A stretch of DNA of 64,000 nucleotides from Anthoceros angustus (Eukaryota > Plantae > Anthocerotophyta), in assembly GCA_010909165.1 (NCBI GenBank), contig VJWM01000151.1:62001-126000 (forward strand), in the 5' to 3' direction. The notes under the pieces were generated by a model. It saw nothing but the letters and a program-made list of their open reading frames with translations, was not told where the DNA came from and did no database searches. The position numbers and the translations under genes are program-made. Shown piece by piece: positions 1 to 15,269 of the stretch (its first letter is position 1; each line of letters opens with the position of its first letter).

Positions 1-3000
1 GCTCAATCGTCAAAGTGTCCCATCAATTATTTCCAAACTAGGCAATGCTACACCTATAATTTTAATGAGATCAAGGCCTCATTTGATCGCAAAAGCGAAG
101 AGGAAAAATTGGAAAATGGAAAGTGCTTGCATATGGACTTCAAGTACGAATGGAACAATTTCTTGCACAATTTACCTAAGCCAAGTCCTTCATATGACAA
201 CAACTGGATCAACATCGACATTATGTGAAAGAAAATACGAAATTGGATGGATAGATCAAATGTTATTGCACAAGACGATGTCCCACAAAATGTTGCCCCA
301 CAAGAAACTACAATAAAAGAAGGAGTATAAAATCAAGATTTATGTGAAAACAATGTCGACCACACTCCAAAATTTTATGATAGGAAGCCTGGATATAAAA
401 ACCCCAATCATATTGAAGGATGCCCTACGGCATATGTTGAAAAGTTATGCGAAAATTCCTAATACAAGGGTCCCATCACCTAGTTCCTGTTGGATCCAAT
501 CATGGTCAAGAGTATCCTCCGCACATATCCAAGGTTATGTGGAAATGACTAATACTACGGTCGCCACCGTGTTTTCTCGAGGCGATGATGTAGGGATTAC
601 TAGAAGCCATACGGAAAATAAAGACTACAAGAAAAATAGTATGGTATTTGCGCCAACAGCCCGTCCTTATGCGGAAAAAGTCGCTAGCATGCAATCATTG
701 TACGTCGAGGAAATGCTTCAATTGATGGAACAATTACGACAACAACATAGCTGGAAAAACGAGATACTACGTCGAAATAGCCGATGAATTGGCTCAATCA
801 CAAAAGTGTCCCATCAATTATTTCCAAACTAGGCAATGCTACACCTATAATTTTAATGAGATCAAGGCCTCATTTGATCGCAAAAGCGAAGAGGAAAAAT
901 TGGAAAAATGGAAAGTGCTTGCATATGGACTTCAAGTACGAATGGAACAATTTCTTGCAATAAGCAATTTACCTAAGCCAAGTCCTTCATATGACAACAA
1001 CTGGATCAACATCGACATTATGTGAAAGAAAATAATGAAATTGGATGGATAGATCAAATGTTATTGCACAAGACGATGTCCCACAAAATGTTGCCCCACA
1101 AGAAACTACAATAAAAGAAGGAGTATAAATCAAGATTTATGTGAAAACAATGTCGACCACACTCCAAAATTTTATGATAGGAAGCCTGGATATAAAAACC
1201 CCAATCATATTGAAGGATGCCCTACGGCATATGTTGAAAAGTTATGCGAAAATTCCTAATACAAGGGTCCCATCACCTAGTTCGTGTTGGATCCAATCAT
1301 GGTCAAGAGTATCCTCCAAGGTTATTCAAAATTCCTAATACAAGGGTCACTAATACAAACACGAAAAGCAATATGGTAATGGTAACAACCCGTCCTTCTC
1401 TAGAAAATCCTAGTACCATGCAACCATTGCATGACGCAGAAAATAAAATGCTTCAATTCATGAAAACAATGAGGACAACATAGGAGAAATAATGAGACAA
1501 TGCTTGCTGAAACAGCTAATGAAATGGCGCAAATGTGTCAAACTGTCCCATCAATCATTTCCAAATAAGAGAAAGCTACACCATTAATCTATCTTTAATG
1601 CAATCAAGGCCTCATTTGATCGCAAAACGAAGAGGAGAATTTGGGAAAATGAAAAGTGCTTGGATATAGACGTCAAATACGAAAGAAACAATTTCTTGCA
1701 CTAGCAATTTACCTAAGCCAAGTCCTTCATATGACAACAACTGGATCAACATCGACATTATGTGAAAGAAAATAATGAAATTGGATGGATAGATCAAATG
1801 TTATTGCACAAGACGATGTCCCACAAATGTTGCCCCACAAGAAACTACAATAAAAGAAGGAGTATAAATCAAGATTTATGTGAAAACAATGTCTACCACA
1901 CTCCAAAATTTTATGATAGGAAGCCTGGATATAAAAACCCCAATCATATTGAAGGATGCCCTACGGCATATGTTGAAAAGTTATGCGAAAATTCCTAATA
2001 CAAGGGTCCCATCACCTAGTTCTCGTGTTGGATCCAATCATGGTCAAGAGTATCCTCCAAGGTTATTCAAAATTCCTAATACAAGGGTCACTAATACAAA
2101 CACGAAAAGCAATATGGTAATGGTAACAACCCGTCCTTCTCTAGAAAATCCTAGTACCATGCAACCATTGCATGACGCAGAAAATAAAATGCTTCAATTC
2201 ATGAAAACAATGAGGACAACATAGGAGAAATAATGAGACAATGCTTGCTGAAACAGCTAATGAAATGGCGCAAATGTGTCAAACTGTCCCATCAATCATT
2301 TCCAAATAAGAGAAAGCTACACCATTAATCTATCTTTAATGCAATCTGCCTCATTTGATCGCAAAAGCGAAGAGGAGAATTTGGGAAAATGAAAAGTGCT
2401 TGGATATAGACGTCAAATACGAAAGAAACAATTTCTTGCACTAAGAAGTTTACTTAAGCCAAGTCCTTCATGTGACAACAAGTCGGATCAACAACAACAT
2501 TACGTGAAACAAATATAAAATTTGATAGATAAATCAATGTGATTGCACAAGACGATGTCTCACAAATGTTGCATTACCGGCTTATGATAAAAGGACGAGT
2601 AAAAAAATCACAATCTACATGAAAATTAGGGCCCATATCAAAATTTAGTAATTCCTTCTAGTGCTATGCTATTTGAGAACAATCTTATTTTCATAGTAAC
2701 CTTTAAATATGATTAGTTAGATGTTATTAATCAATCCTTGGCCTTTGAAAATCGGACCTTCTATAATGTCTTTGATTGACCCTACCATATGTCAAGATTT
2801 AAACCAAAATACAAATCAAAATTTATCCTTGGCCTTTGAAAAGTAGTCTTCTTTGATTTTGAGTCCTTGGTCTTTGAATCTCTCACTACGACGACTATAA
2901 ATGTGCCACCAGCCACACTAATTAGTTATCAAACAAGCTCAACCTTTGACGACCCTTGGTGCATTTCACGAGTAGCTAGTGACTTTCAAGCGTGAAGTTA

Positions 3001-6000
3001 CAACATTTTGTTTTGGTGACAATGGTGTCGTGAAAAGGTTTTGAAGAATTTGATGAGGAAATCAAGCCCGATTTCCAAAGAGGATTCATCGCAATTGTTT
3101 TCATTGTTAGTATCCGCTGCAGACGGATAAAACTTGTGTTTCTATTGCGAGACGGATAACATTTCCTCGTTGCTCATATGTCCCGTAGCTTGTTCACCAT
3201 GCTTCTTAAAACTTCGTAGATATCCTTTATCAATCATAAGATGTCGAGATAAGGAGGTTATGAAAACACTTGACATGGAGCACCGTGAGAAAATGCTTGT
3301 GGGGCTTCTATCGCCTCAACTATTATGGTGCATTTTAGAGTGGAAACCATACATGCATCGGTTGCAACCTTAACATGCATCGTTGCAACCTAAGAATTCT
3401 TCAAGCACGCTTTCAAGAAGATCACGCCGAGGTTACCTTCTTGTAAGATCATTTGATGAGCGAAGAGGAGCACAAGTTACACAATCATATTCTTGAATTG
3501 GTGGAGAAAGGAATTCTTCAATTTTGAAATGGATGATCACACTTGCAAAAGGAATGTAAATGCAAGATCATATTCATTAATTTATTTTAGCAGTGATATA
3601 TTCATTTTATTCTCTTTCCTACTTCATGTTTTGAAATGTTTGCAAACCATCATTATGTTACCGAGATCATTTAACTCACGGCGCTGCTTTCGTCCACCTT
3701 CAGAATCGCAATTTACAAGACCGGCACGGATCTCCATCGTAACACGCCCCTAGAAGATCTAAATCGCTTTGCTTCAATCGACAAATGTTGCACTGATCCG
3801 GGAAGGCCCGCCATTCAACGCTCTCCTTAAGATATGGGCTATTGAGCTCCAAGAAGTCTCGAGGCGAGTGGATGCCCGAGCCGTGAATTTTTGGGGCTCG
3901 TCTTGAAATACTTGGGAAAGATGGTGCGGATGAGAAACACCAAGGCGAAAAGCGGAGCACAACCCGTGATTTTGGTACAAGCGGTAGAGAGTCTACCATG
4001 CCAATTTTTCACAACGCTTGATCTATTGGGTGTCGCTTTAGTTGCGTCTTCTAGAAGCCGTCGATAACCGCTCCATAATGAAATGCTGGTAAGTAGCTTC
4101 TAGACAAGGTTTTAGTATAGTTAATTAGCAATATTCTAGGAAAGTGATAAAATAGAAATAGTGATAATATAGAAGAAAATAGAAAGAGTGATAATATAGA
4201 AGCCATGGGTGCCCTAGTCTATATATGTCCTATATACTCACACATATATTATGTATCTTGTGTTGGGTTTTCTATGTTATCTTAGGTTATAATTATTCTA
4301 AAGTAGGTATTTGTTTTCATATCTTTGTGTTTGGCCTCTAAAGTTGTCTGTGCACCTTGTGAACACGAACGGTGGTACAAGAATAACCGAGGCGTTAAAG
4401 AATTTTACAGTATTCACAAATCGTCACACCATCCAAGAAAAACACATAGCTTGATTAGAGAAAGCTCTAAGGAAAAGAAATGGCTGCTCAATGACTTCAT
4501 CTAGCATAAATACACGTGGTGACAAGAGGAGGTTTAACGGTCCGAAAATACCAATGATAATAGGAAAACGCTACTACGTAAAAAGATTCAACGACCAAGT
4601 TCAAAAGGAAATCGAGATTCACATGGTCAAGCTCCTCAACTACTTCAGAAACTCAAACCCAACTGCTTACTGCTCATCCGCTTATACTTTGAGTTCTATC
4701 CCATATGTCATTCCACAAACCTCCTCTACATCACAAGACGCGGTCCGCCACACAACAATTTTGGACATAATATCAACCATACTTCAAAATTTTACGATGG
4801 GAACGATATCAAAAATTCCAATCTTGTTCAAGGATGCCCTCGGCATATTTTGAAAATTATGGGCAAATGACTAATACGAGGGTCTCATCACCTACTTCGT
4901 GTTGGATCCAACCATGTTCAAGGATATCCACGTGCACATGTTCAAGGTCATGCGAAAATGATTAATACTACTAGGGCTGCATTTTATGATGCTAACAATA
5001 TTCAAACTCCAATCATGTTCAAGGATGCCTCCGCATATTATGAAGATGATGTTAAAATGACTAATACTAGGGTCCCATCACCTAGTTCTCGTGTTGGATT
5101 TGATCGTGGTCAAGGATATCCTCGCACATATCCAAGGTTATGTGGAAATGACTAATACTACGGCCTCGCCACCGTGTTTTCGAGGCGATGATGTAGGGAT
5201 TACTAGAAGCCATACGGAAAATAAAGACTACAAGAAAATAGTATGGTATTTGCGCCAACAGCCCGTCCTTATGCGGAAAAAGTCGCTAGCATGCAATCAT
5301 TGTACGTCGAGGAAATGCTTCAATTGATGGAAACAATTACGACAACAACATAGCTGGAAAAACGAGATACTACGTGCGAAATAGCCGATGAATTGGCTCA
5401 ATCGTCAAAGTGTCCCATCAATTATTTCCAAACTAGGCAATGCTACACCTATAATTTTAATGAGATCAAGGCCTCATTTGATCGCAAAAGCGAAGAGGAA
5501 AAATTGGAAAAATGGAAAGTGCTTGCATATGGACTTCAAGTACGAATGGAACAATTTCTTGCAATAAGCAATTTACCTAAGCCAAGTCCTTCATATGACA
5601 ACAACTGGATCAACATCGACATTATGTGAAAGAAATACTTGGGAAAGATGGTGCGGATGAGAAACACCAACAAAAGCGGCGGAAGCACAACCCGTGATTT
5701 TGGTACAAGCGGCCGAGTCTACCATGCCAATTTTTCACAACGCTTGGATCTATTGGGTGTCGTTTAGTTGCGTCTTCTAGAAGCCATACGGAAAATAAAA
5801 TGCTTCAATTCATGAAAATTATGGGCAAATGACTAATGAAATGGTAAGTAGCTTCTAGACAAGGTTTTAGTATAGTTAATTAGCAATATTCTAGGAAAGT
5901 GATAAAATAGAAATAGTGATAATATAGAAGAAAATAGAAAGAGTGATAATATAGAAGTCGCCATGGGTGCCCTAGTCTATATATGTCCTATATACTCACA

Positions 6001-6238
6001 CATATATTATGTATCTTGTGTTGGGTTTTCTATGTTATCTTAGGTTATAATTATTCTAAAGTAGGTATTTGTTTTCATATCTTTGTGTTTGGCCTCTAAA
6101 GTTGTCTGTGTGCACCTTGTGAACACGAAACGGTGGTACAAGAATAACCGAGGCGTTAAAGAATTTTACAAGACACAAATCGTCACACCATCCAAGAAAA
6201 ACACATAGCTTGATTAGAGAAAGCTCTAAGGAAAAGAA

Positions 6239-7842
6239 ATGGCTGCTCAATGACTTCATCTAGCATAAATACACGTGGTGACAAGAGGAGGTTTAACGGG
6301 TCCGAAAATACCAATGATAATAGGAAAACGCTAACGTAAAAAGATTCAACGACCAAGTTCAAAAGGAAATCGAGATTCACATGGTCAAGCTCCTCAACTA
6401 CTTCAGAAACTCAAACCCCAACTGCTTACTGCTCATCCGCTTATACTTTGAGTTCTATCCCCGCATATGTCATTCCACAAACCTCCTCTACATCACAAGA
6501 CGCGGTCCGCCACACAACAATTTTGGACATAATATCAACCATACTTCAAAATTTTACGATGGGAACGATATCAAAATTCCAATCTTGTTCAAGGATGCCT
6601 CCGGCATATTTTGAAAATTATGGGCAAATGACTAATACGAGGGTCTCATCACCTACTTCGTGTTGGATCCAACCATGTTCAAGGATATCCACGTGCACAT
6701 GTTCAAGGTCATGCGAAAATGATTAATACTACTAGGGCTGCATTTTATGATGCGAACAATATTCAAACTCCAATCATGTTCAAGGATGCCTCCGCATATT
6801 ATGAAGATGATGTTAAAATGACTAATACTAGGGTCCCATCACCTAGTTCTCGTGTTGGATTTGATCGTGGTCAAGGATATCCACGTGCACATGTTCAAGG
6901 TCATGCGAAAATGATTAATACTACGGCCTCGCCACCGTGTTTTCCGAGGCGATGATGTAGGGATTACTAGAAGCCATACGGAAAATAAAGACTACAAGAA
7001 AATAGTATGGTATTTGCGCCAACAGCCCGTCCTTATGCGGAAGCATGCAATCATTGTACGTCGAGGAAATGCTTCAATTGATGGAAACAATTACGACAAC
7101 ATAGCTGGAAAAACGAGATACTACGTGCGAAATAGCCGATGAATTGGCTCAATCGTCAAAGTGTCCCATCAATTATTTCCAAACTAGGCAATGCTACACC
7201 TATAATTTTAATGAGATCAAGGCCTCATTTGATCGCAAAAGCGAAGAGGAAAAATTGGAAAAATGGAAAGTGCTTGCATATGGACTTCAAGTACGAATGG
7301 AACAATTTCTTGCAATAAGCAATTTACCTAAGCCAAGTCCTTCATATGACAAATAACTGGATCAACATCGACATTATGTGAAAGAAATACGAAATTGGAT
7401 GGATAGATCAAATGTTATTGCACAAGACGATGTCCCACAAAATGTTGCCCCACAAGAAACTACAATAAAAGAAGGAGTATAAAATCAAGATTTATGTGAA
7501 AACAATGTCGACCACACTCCAAAATTTTATGATAGGAAGCCTGGATATAAAAACCCCAATCATATTGAAGGATGCCCTACGGCATATGTTGAAAGTTATG
7601 CGAAAATTCCTAATACAAGGGTCCCATCACCTAGTTCTCGTGTTGGATCCAATCATGGTCAAGAGTATCCTCCGAAAGGTTATTCAAAATTCCTAATACA
7701 AGGGTCACTAATACAAACACGAAAAGCAATATGGTAATGGTAACAACCCGTCCTTCTCTAGAAAATCCTAGTACCATGCAACCATTGCATGACGCAGAAA
7801 AATAAAATGCTTCAATTCATGAAAACAATGAGGACAACATAG
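6239..7842 (+). pseudogene. Copy of the array orphan ORF (frameshifted)
   Basis: Runs from the same ATG landmark to the same GGACAACATAG stop; fragments 6381-6614, 6719-6955 and 7144-7356 in the ORF track. Confidence 0.5.
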
Positions 7843-10163
7843 GAGAAATAATGAGACAATGCTTGCTGAAAATGACTAATGAAATGGCGCAAATGTGTCA
7901 AACTGTCCCATCAATCATTTCCAAATAAGAGAAAGCTACACCATTAATCTATCTTTAATGCAATCGGCCTCATTTGATGCAAAACGAAGAGGAGAATTTG
8001 GGAAAATGAAAAGTGCTTGGATATAGACGTCAAATACGAAAGAAACAATTTCTTGCACTAAGAAGTTTACTTAAGCCAAGTCCTTCATGTGACAACAAGT
8101 CGGATCAACAACAACATTACGTGAAACAAATATAAAATTTGATAGATAAATCAATGTGATTGCACAAGACGATGTCTCACAAAATGTTGCCGCACACGGC
8201 TTATGATAAAAGGACGAGTAAAAAATCACAATCTACATGAAAATTAGGGCCCATATCAAAATTTAGTAATTCCTTCTAGTGCTATGCTATTTGAGAACAA
8301 TCTTATTTTCATAGTAACCTTTAAATATGATTAGTTAGATGTTATTAATCAATCCTTGGCCTTTGAAAATCAGACCTTCTATAATGTCTTTGATTGACCC
8401 TACCATATGTCAAGATTTAAACCAAAATACAAATCAAAATTTATCCTTGGCCTTTGAAAAGTAGTCTTCTTTGATTTTGAGTCCTTGGTCTTTGAATCTC
8501 TTTCTGACGACTATAAATGTGCCACCAGCCACACTAATTAGTTATCAAACAAGCTCAACCTTTGACGACCCTTGGTGCATTTCCGAGTAGCTAGTGACTT
8601 TTCAAGCGTGAAGTTACAACATTTTGTTTTGGTGACAATGGTGTCTGTGAAAAGGTTTTGAAGAATTTGATGAGGAAATCAAGCCCGATTTCCAAAGAGG
8701 ATTCATCGCAATTGTTTTCAGCCGTTAGTATCCGCTGCATGACGGATAAAACTTGTGTTTCTATTGCGAGACGGATAACATTTCCGTTCTGCTCATATGT
8801 CCCGTAGCTTGTTCACCATGCTTCTTAAAACTTCGTAGATATCCTTTATCAATCATAAGATGTCGATAAGGAGGTTATGAAAACACTTGACATGGAGCAC
8901 CGTGAGAAAATGCTTGTGGGGCTTCTATCGCCTCAACTATTATGGTGCATTTTAGAGTGGAAACCATAACATGCATCGGTTGCAACCTTAACATGCATCG
9001 GTTGCAACCTAAGAATTCTTCAAGCACGCTTTCAAGAAGATCACGTCGAGGTTACCTTCTTGTAAGATCATTTGATGAGCGTAAAGAGGAGCACAAGTTA
9101 CACAATCATATTCTTGAATTGGTGGAGAAAGGAATTCTTCAATTTTGAAATGGATGATCACACTTGCAAAAGGAATGTAAATGCAAGATCATATTCATTA
9201 ATTTATTTTAGCGTGATATATTCATTTTATTCTCTTTCCTACTTCATGTTTTGAAATGTTTGCAAACCATCATTATGTTACCGAGATCATTTAACTCACA
9301 CGCTTTCAAGAAGATCACGAGGTTACCTTCTTGTAAGATCATTTGATGAGGAAATCAAGCCCGATTTCCAAAGAGGATTCATCGCAATTTACAGATGCAC
9401 GGATCTCCATCGTAACACGGCCCCTAGAAGATCTAAATCGCCTTTGCTTCAATCGACAAATGTTGCACTGATCCGGGAAGGCGCCATTCAACGCGCCTCC
9501 TTAAGATATGGGCTATTGAGCTCCAAGAAGTCTCGAGGCGCGAGTGGATGCCTCGAGCTGAATTTTGGGGCTCGCCTTGAAATACTTGGGAAAGATGGTG
9601 CGGATGAGAAACACCAAGGCGGCGGAGCACAACCCGTGATTTTGGTACAAGCGGCCGAGAGTCTACCATGCCAATTTTTCACAACGCTTGGATCTATTGG
9701 GTGTCGTTCTAGTTGCGTCTTCTAGAAGCCGCCGATAACCGCTCCATAATGAAATGCTGGTAAGTAGCTTCTAGACAAGGTTTTAGTATAGTTAATTAGC
9801 AATATTCTAGGAAAGTGATAAAATAGAAATAGTGATAATATAGAAGAAAATAGAAAGAGTGATAATATAGAAGCGCCATGGGTGCCCTAGTCTATATATG
9901 TCCTATATACTCACACATATATTATGTATCTTGTGTTGGGTTTTCTATGTTATCTTAGGTTATAATTATTCTAAAGTAGGTATTTGTTTTCATATCTTTG
10001 TGTTTGGCCTCTAAAGTTGTCTGTGTGCACCTTGTGAACACGAAACGGTGGTACAAGAATAACCGAGGCGTTAAAGAATTTTACAAGATTTATGTGAAAA
10101 CAATGTCACACACCATCCAAGAAAAACACATAGCTTGATTAGAGAAAGCTCTAAGGAAAAGAA

Positions 10164-11898
10164 ATGGCTGCTCAATGACTTCATCTAGCATAAATACACG
10201 TGGTGACAAGAGGAGGTTTAACGGGTCCGAAAATACCAATGATAATAGGAAAACGCTACTACGTAAAAAGATTCAACGACCAAGTTCAAAAGGAAATCGA
10301 GATTCACATGGTCAAGCTCCTCAACTACTTCAAACTCGAAACCCCAACTGCTTACTGCTCATCCGCTTATACTTTGAGTTCTATCCTCATATGTCATTCC
10401 ACAAACCTCCTCTACATCACAAGACGCGTCCGCCACACAACAATTTTGGACATAATATCAACCATACTTCAAAATTTTACGATGGGAACGATATCAAAAT
10501 TCCAATCTTGTTCAAGGATGCCCTCGCATATTTTGAAAATTATGGGCAAATGACTAATACGAGGGTCTCATCACCTACTTCGTGTTGGATCCAACCATGT
10601 TCAAGGATATCCACGTGCACATGTTCAAGGTCATGCGAAAATGATTAATACTACTAGGGCTGCATTTTATGATGCGAACAATATTCAAACTCCAATCATG
10701 TTCAAGGATGCCTCCGCATATTATGAAGATGATGTTAAAATGACTAATACTAGGGTCCCATCACCTAGTTCTCGTGTTGGATTTGATCGTGGTCAAGGAT
10801 ATCCTCCGCACATATCCAAGGTTATGTGGAAATGACTAATACTACGGTCGCCACCGTGTTTTCCGAGATGATGTAGGGATTACTAGAAGCCATACGGAAA
10901 ATAAAAGACTACAAGAAAAATAGTATGGTATTTGCGCCAACAGCCCGTCCTTATGCGGAAAAGTCGCTAGCATGCAATCATTGTACGTCGAGGAAATGCT
11001 TCAATTGATGGAACAATTACGACAACAACATAGCTGGAAAACGAGATACTACGTCGAAATAGCCGATGAATTGGCTCAATCAAGGCCAAAGTGTCCCATC
11101 AATTATTTCCAAACTAGGCAATGCTACACCTATAATTTTAATGAGATCAAGGCCTCATTTGATCGCAAAAGCGAGATACTACGTCGAAATAGCCGATGAA
11201 TTGGCTCAATCAAGGCCAAAGTGTCCCATCAATTATTTCCAAACTAGGCAATGCTACACCTATAATTTTAATGAGATCAAGGCCTCATTTGATCGCAAAA
11301 GCGAAGAGGAAAAATTGGAAAATGGAAAGTGCTTGCATATGGACTTCAAGTACGAATGGAACAATTTCTTGCAATAAGCAATTTACCTAAGCCAAGTCCT
11401 TCATATGACAACAACTGGATCAACATCGACATTATGTGAAAGAAATACGAAATTGGATGGATAGATCAAATGTTATTGCACAAGACGATGTCCCACAAAA
11501 TGTTGCCCCACAAGAAACTACAATAAAAGAAGGAGTATAAATCAAGATTTATGTGAAAACAATGTCGACCACACTCCAAAATTTTATGATAGGAAGCCTG
11601 GATATAAAAACCCCAATCATATTGAAGGATGCCCTCGGCATATGTTGAAAGTTATGCGAAAATTCCTAATACAAGGGTCCCATCACCTAGTTCTCGTGTT
11701 GGATCCAATCATGGTCAAGAGTATCCTCCGAAAGGTTATTCAAAATTCCTAATACAAGGGTCACTAATACAAACACGAAAAGCAATATGGTAATGGTAAC
11801 AACCCGTCCTTCTCTAGAAAATCCTAGTACCATGCAACCATTGCATGACGCAGAAAAATAAAATGCTTCAATTCATGAAAACAATGAGGACAACATAG
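10164..11898 (+). pseudogene. Copy of the array orphan ORF (frameshifted, with a ~130 bp internal duplication)
   Basis: Same landmarks; 11041-11170 is repeated at 11171-11300. Confidence 0.5.
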
Positions 11899-14800
11899 GA
11901 GAAATAATGAGACAATGCTTGCTGAAACAGCTAATGAAATGGCGCAAATGTGTCAAACTGTCCCATCAATCATTTCCAAATAAGAGAAAGCTACACCATT
12001 AATCTATCTTTAATGCAATCGGCCTCATTTGATCGCAAAACGAAGAGGAGAATTTGGGAAAATGAAAAGTGCTTGGATATAGACGCCAAATACGAAAGAA
12101 ACAATTTCTTGCACTAAGAAGTTTACTTAAGCCAAGTCCTTCATGTGACAACAAGTCGGATCAACAACAACATTACGTGAAACAAATATAAAATTTGATA
12201 GATAAATCAATGTGATTGCACAAGACGATGTCTCACAAAATGTTGCCGCACACGGCTTATGATAAAAGGACGAGTAAAAAAAAATCACAATCTACATGAA
12301 AATTAGGGCCCATATCAAAATTTAGTAATTCCTTCTAGTGCTATGCTATTTGAGAACAATCTTATTTTCATAGTAACCTTTAAATATGATTAGTTAGATG
12401 TTATTAATCAATCCTTGGCCTTTGAAAATCGACCTTCTATAATGTCTTTGATTGACCCTACCATATGTCAAGATTTAAACCAAAATACAAATCAAAATTT
12501 ATCCTTGGCCTTTGAAAAGTAGTCTTCTTTGATTTTGAGTCCTTGGTCTTTGAATCTCTCGCACGGACGACTATAAATGTGCCACCAGCCACACTAATTA
12601 GTTATCAAACAAGCTCAACCTTTTGACGACCCTTGGTGCATTTCACCGAGTAGCTAGTGACTTTTCAAGCGTGAAGTTACAACATTTTGTTTTGGTGACA
12701 ATGGTGTCTGTGAAAAGGTTTTGAAGAATTTGATGAGGAAATCAAGCCCGATTTCCAAAGAGGATTCATCGCAATTGTTTCAGTTAGTATCCGTTGCAGA
12801 CGGATAAAACTTGTGTTTCTATTGCGAGACGGATAACATTTCCGTTCTGCTCATATGTCCCGTAGCTTGTTCACCATGCTTCTTAAAACTTCGTGAGATA
12901 TCCTTTATCAATCATAAGATGTCGATAAGGAGGTTATGAAAACACTTGACATGGAGCACCGTGAGAAAATGCTTGTGGGGCTTCTATCGCCTCAACTATT
13001 ATGGTGCATTTTAGAGTGGAAACCATAACATGCATCGGTTGCAACCTTAACATGCATCGGTTGCAACCTAAGAATTCTTCAAGCACGCTTTCAAGAAGAT
13101 CACGTCGAGGTTACCTTCTTGTAAGATCATTTGATGAGCGTAAAGAGGAGCACAAGTTACACAATCATATTCTTGAATTGGTGGAGAAAGGAATTCTTCA
13201 ATTTTGAAATGGATGATCACACTTGCAAAAGGAATGTAAATGCAAGATCATATTCATTAATTTATTTTAGCAGTGATATATTCATTTTATTCTCTTTCCT
13301 ACTTCATGTTTTGAAATGTTTGCAAACCATCATTATGTTACCGAGATCATTTAACCTCACATGCTTTCGTTTTCGTCGTCCACCTTCAGAATCACAATCT
13401 ACATGAAAATTAGGGCCCATATCAAAATTTAGTAATTCCTTCTAGTGCTATGCTATTTGAGAACAATCTTATTTTCATAGTAACCTTTAAATATGATTAG
13501 TTAGATGTTATTAATCAATCCTTGGCCTTTGAAAATCGACCTTCTATAATGTCTTTGATTGACCCTACCATATGTCAAGATTTAAACCAAAATACAAATC
13601 AAAATTTATCCTTGGCCTTTGAAAAGTAGTCTTCTTTGATTTTGAGTCCTTGGTCTTTGAATCTCTCACTACGGACGACTATAAATGTGCCACCAGCCAC
13701 ACTAATTAGTTATCAAACAAGCTCAACCTTTGACGACTTGGTGCATTTCACGAGTAGCTAGTGACTTTTCAAGCGTGAAGTTACAACATTTTGTTTTGGT
13801 GACAATGGTGTCTGTGAAAAGGTTTTGAAGAATTTGATGAGGAAATCAAGCCCGATTTCCAAAGAGGATTCATCGCAATTGTTTTCAGTTAGTATCCGTT
13901 GCAGACGGATAAAACTTGTGTTTCTATTGCAGACGGATAACATTTCCGTTCTGTTGCTCATATGTCCGTAGCTTGTTCACCATGCTTCTTAAAACTTCGT
14001 GAGATATCCTTTATCAATCATAAGATGTCGATAAGGAGGTTATGAAAACACTTGACATGGAGCACCGTGAGAAAATGCTTGTGGGGCTTCTATCGCCTCA
14101 ACTATTATGGTGCATTTTAGAGTGGAAACCATAACATGCATCGGTTGCAACCTTAACATGCATCGGTTGCAACCTAAGAATTCTTCACACGCTTTCAAGA
14201 AGATCACGCCGAGGTTACCTTCTTGTAAGATCATTTGATGAGCGTAAAGAGGAGCACAAGTTACACAATCATATTCTTGAATTGGTGGAGAAAGGAATTC
14301 TTCAATTTTGAAATGGATGATCACACTTGCAAAAGGAATGTAAATGCAAGATCATATTCATTAATTTATTTTAGCAGTGATATATTCATTTTATTCTCTT
14401 TCCTACTTCATGTTTTGAAATGTTTGCAAACCATCATTATGTTACCGAGATCATTTAACTGCCACCAGGCGCTGCTTTCTCGTCCACCTTCAGAATCGCA
14501 ATTTACAAAGACTGCACGGATCTCCATCGTAACACGGCCCCTAGAAGATCTAAATCGCCTTTGCTTCAATCGACAAATGTTGCACTGATCCGGGAAGGCT
14601 CGCCATTCAACGCTCTCCTTAAGATATGGGCTATTGAGCTCCAAGAAGTCTCGAGGCGCGAGTGGATGCCTCGAGCTGAATTTTGGGGCTCGTCTTGAAA
14701 TACTTGGGAAAGATGGTGCGGATGAGAAACACCAAGGCGAGCGGAGCACAACCCGTGATTTTGGTACAAGCGGCCGAGAGTCTACCATGCCAATTTTTCA

Positions 14801-15269
14801 CAACGCTTGGATCTATTGGGTGTCGTTTCTAGTTGCGTCTTCTAGAAGCCTCGATAACCGCTCCATAATGAAATGCTGGTAAGTAGCTTCTAGACAAGGT
14901 TTTAGTATAGTTAATTAGCAATATTCTAGGAAAGTGATAAAATAGAAATAGTGATAATATAGAAGAAAATAGAAAGAGTGATAATATAGAAGTCGCCATG
15001 GGTGCCCTAGTCTATATATGTCCTATATACTCACACATATATTATGTATCTTGTGTTGGGTTTTCTATGTTATCTTAGGTTATAATTATTCTAAAGTAGG
15101 TATTTGTTTTCATATCTTTGTGTTTGGCCTCTAAAGTTGTCTGTGCACCTTGTGAACACGAACGGTGGTACAAGAATAACCGAGGCGTTAAAGAATTTTA
15201 CAGATACCAAATCACACACCATCCAAGAAAAACACATAGCTTGATTAGAGAAAGCTCTAAGGAAAAGAA

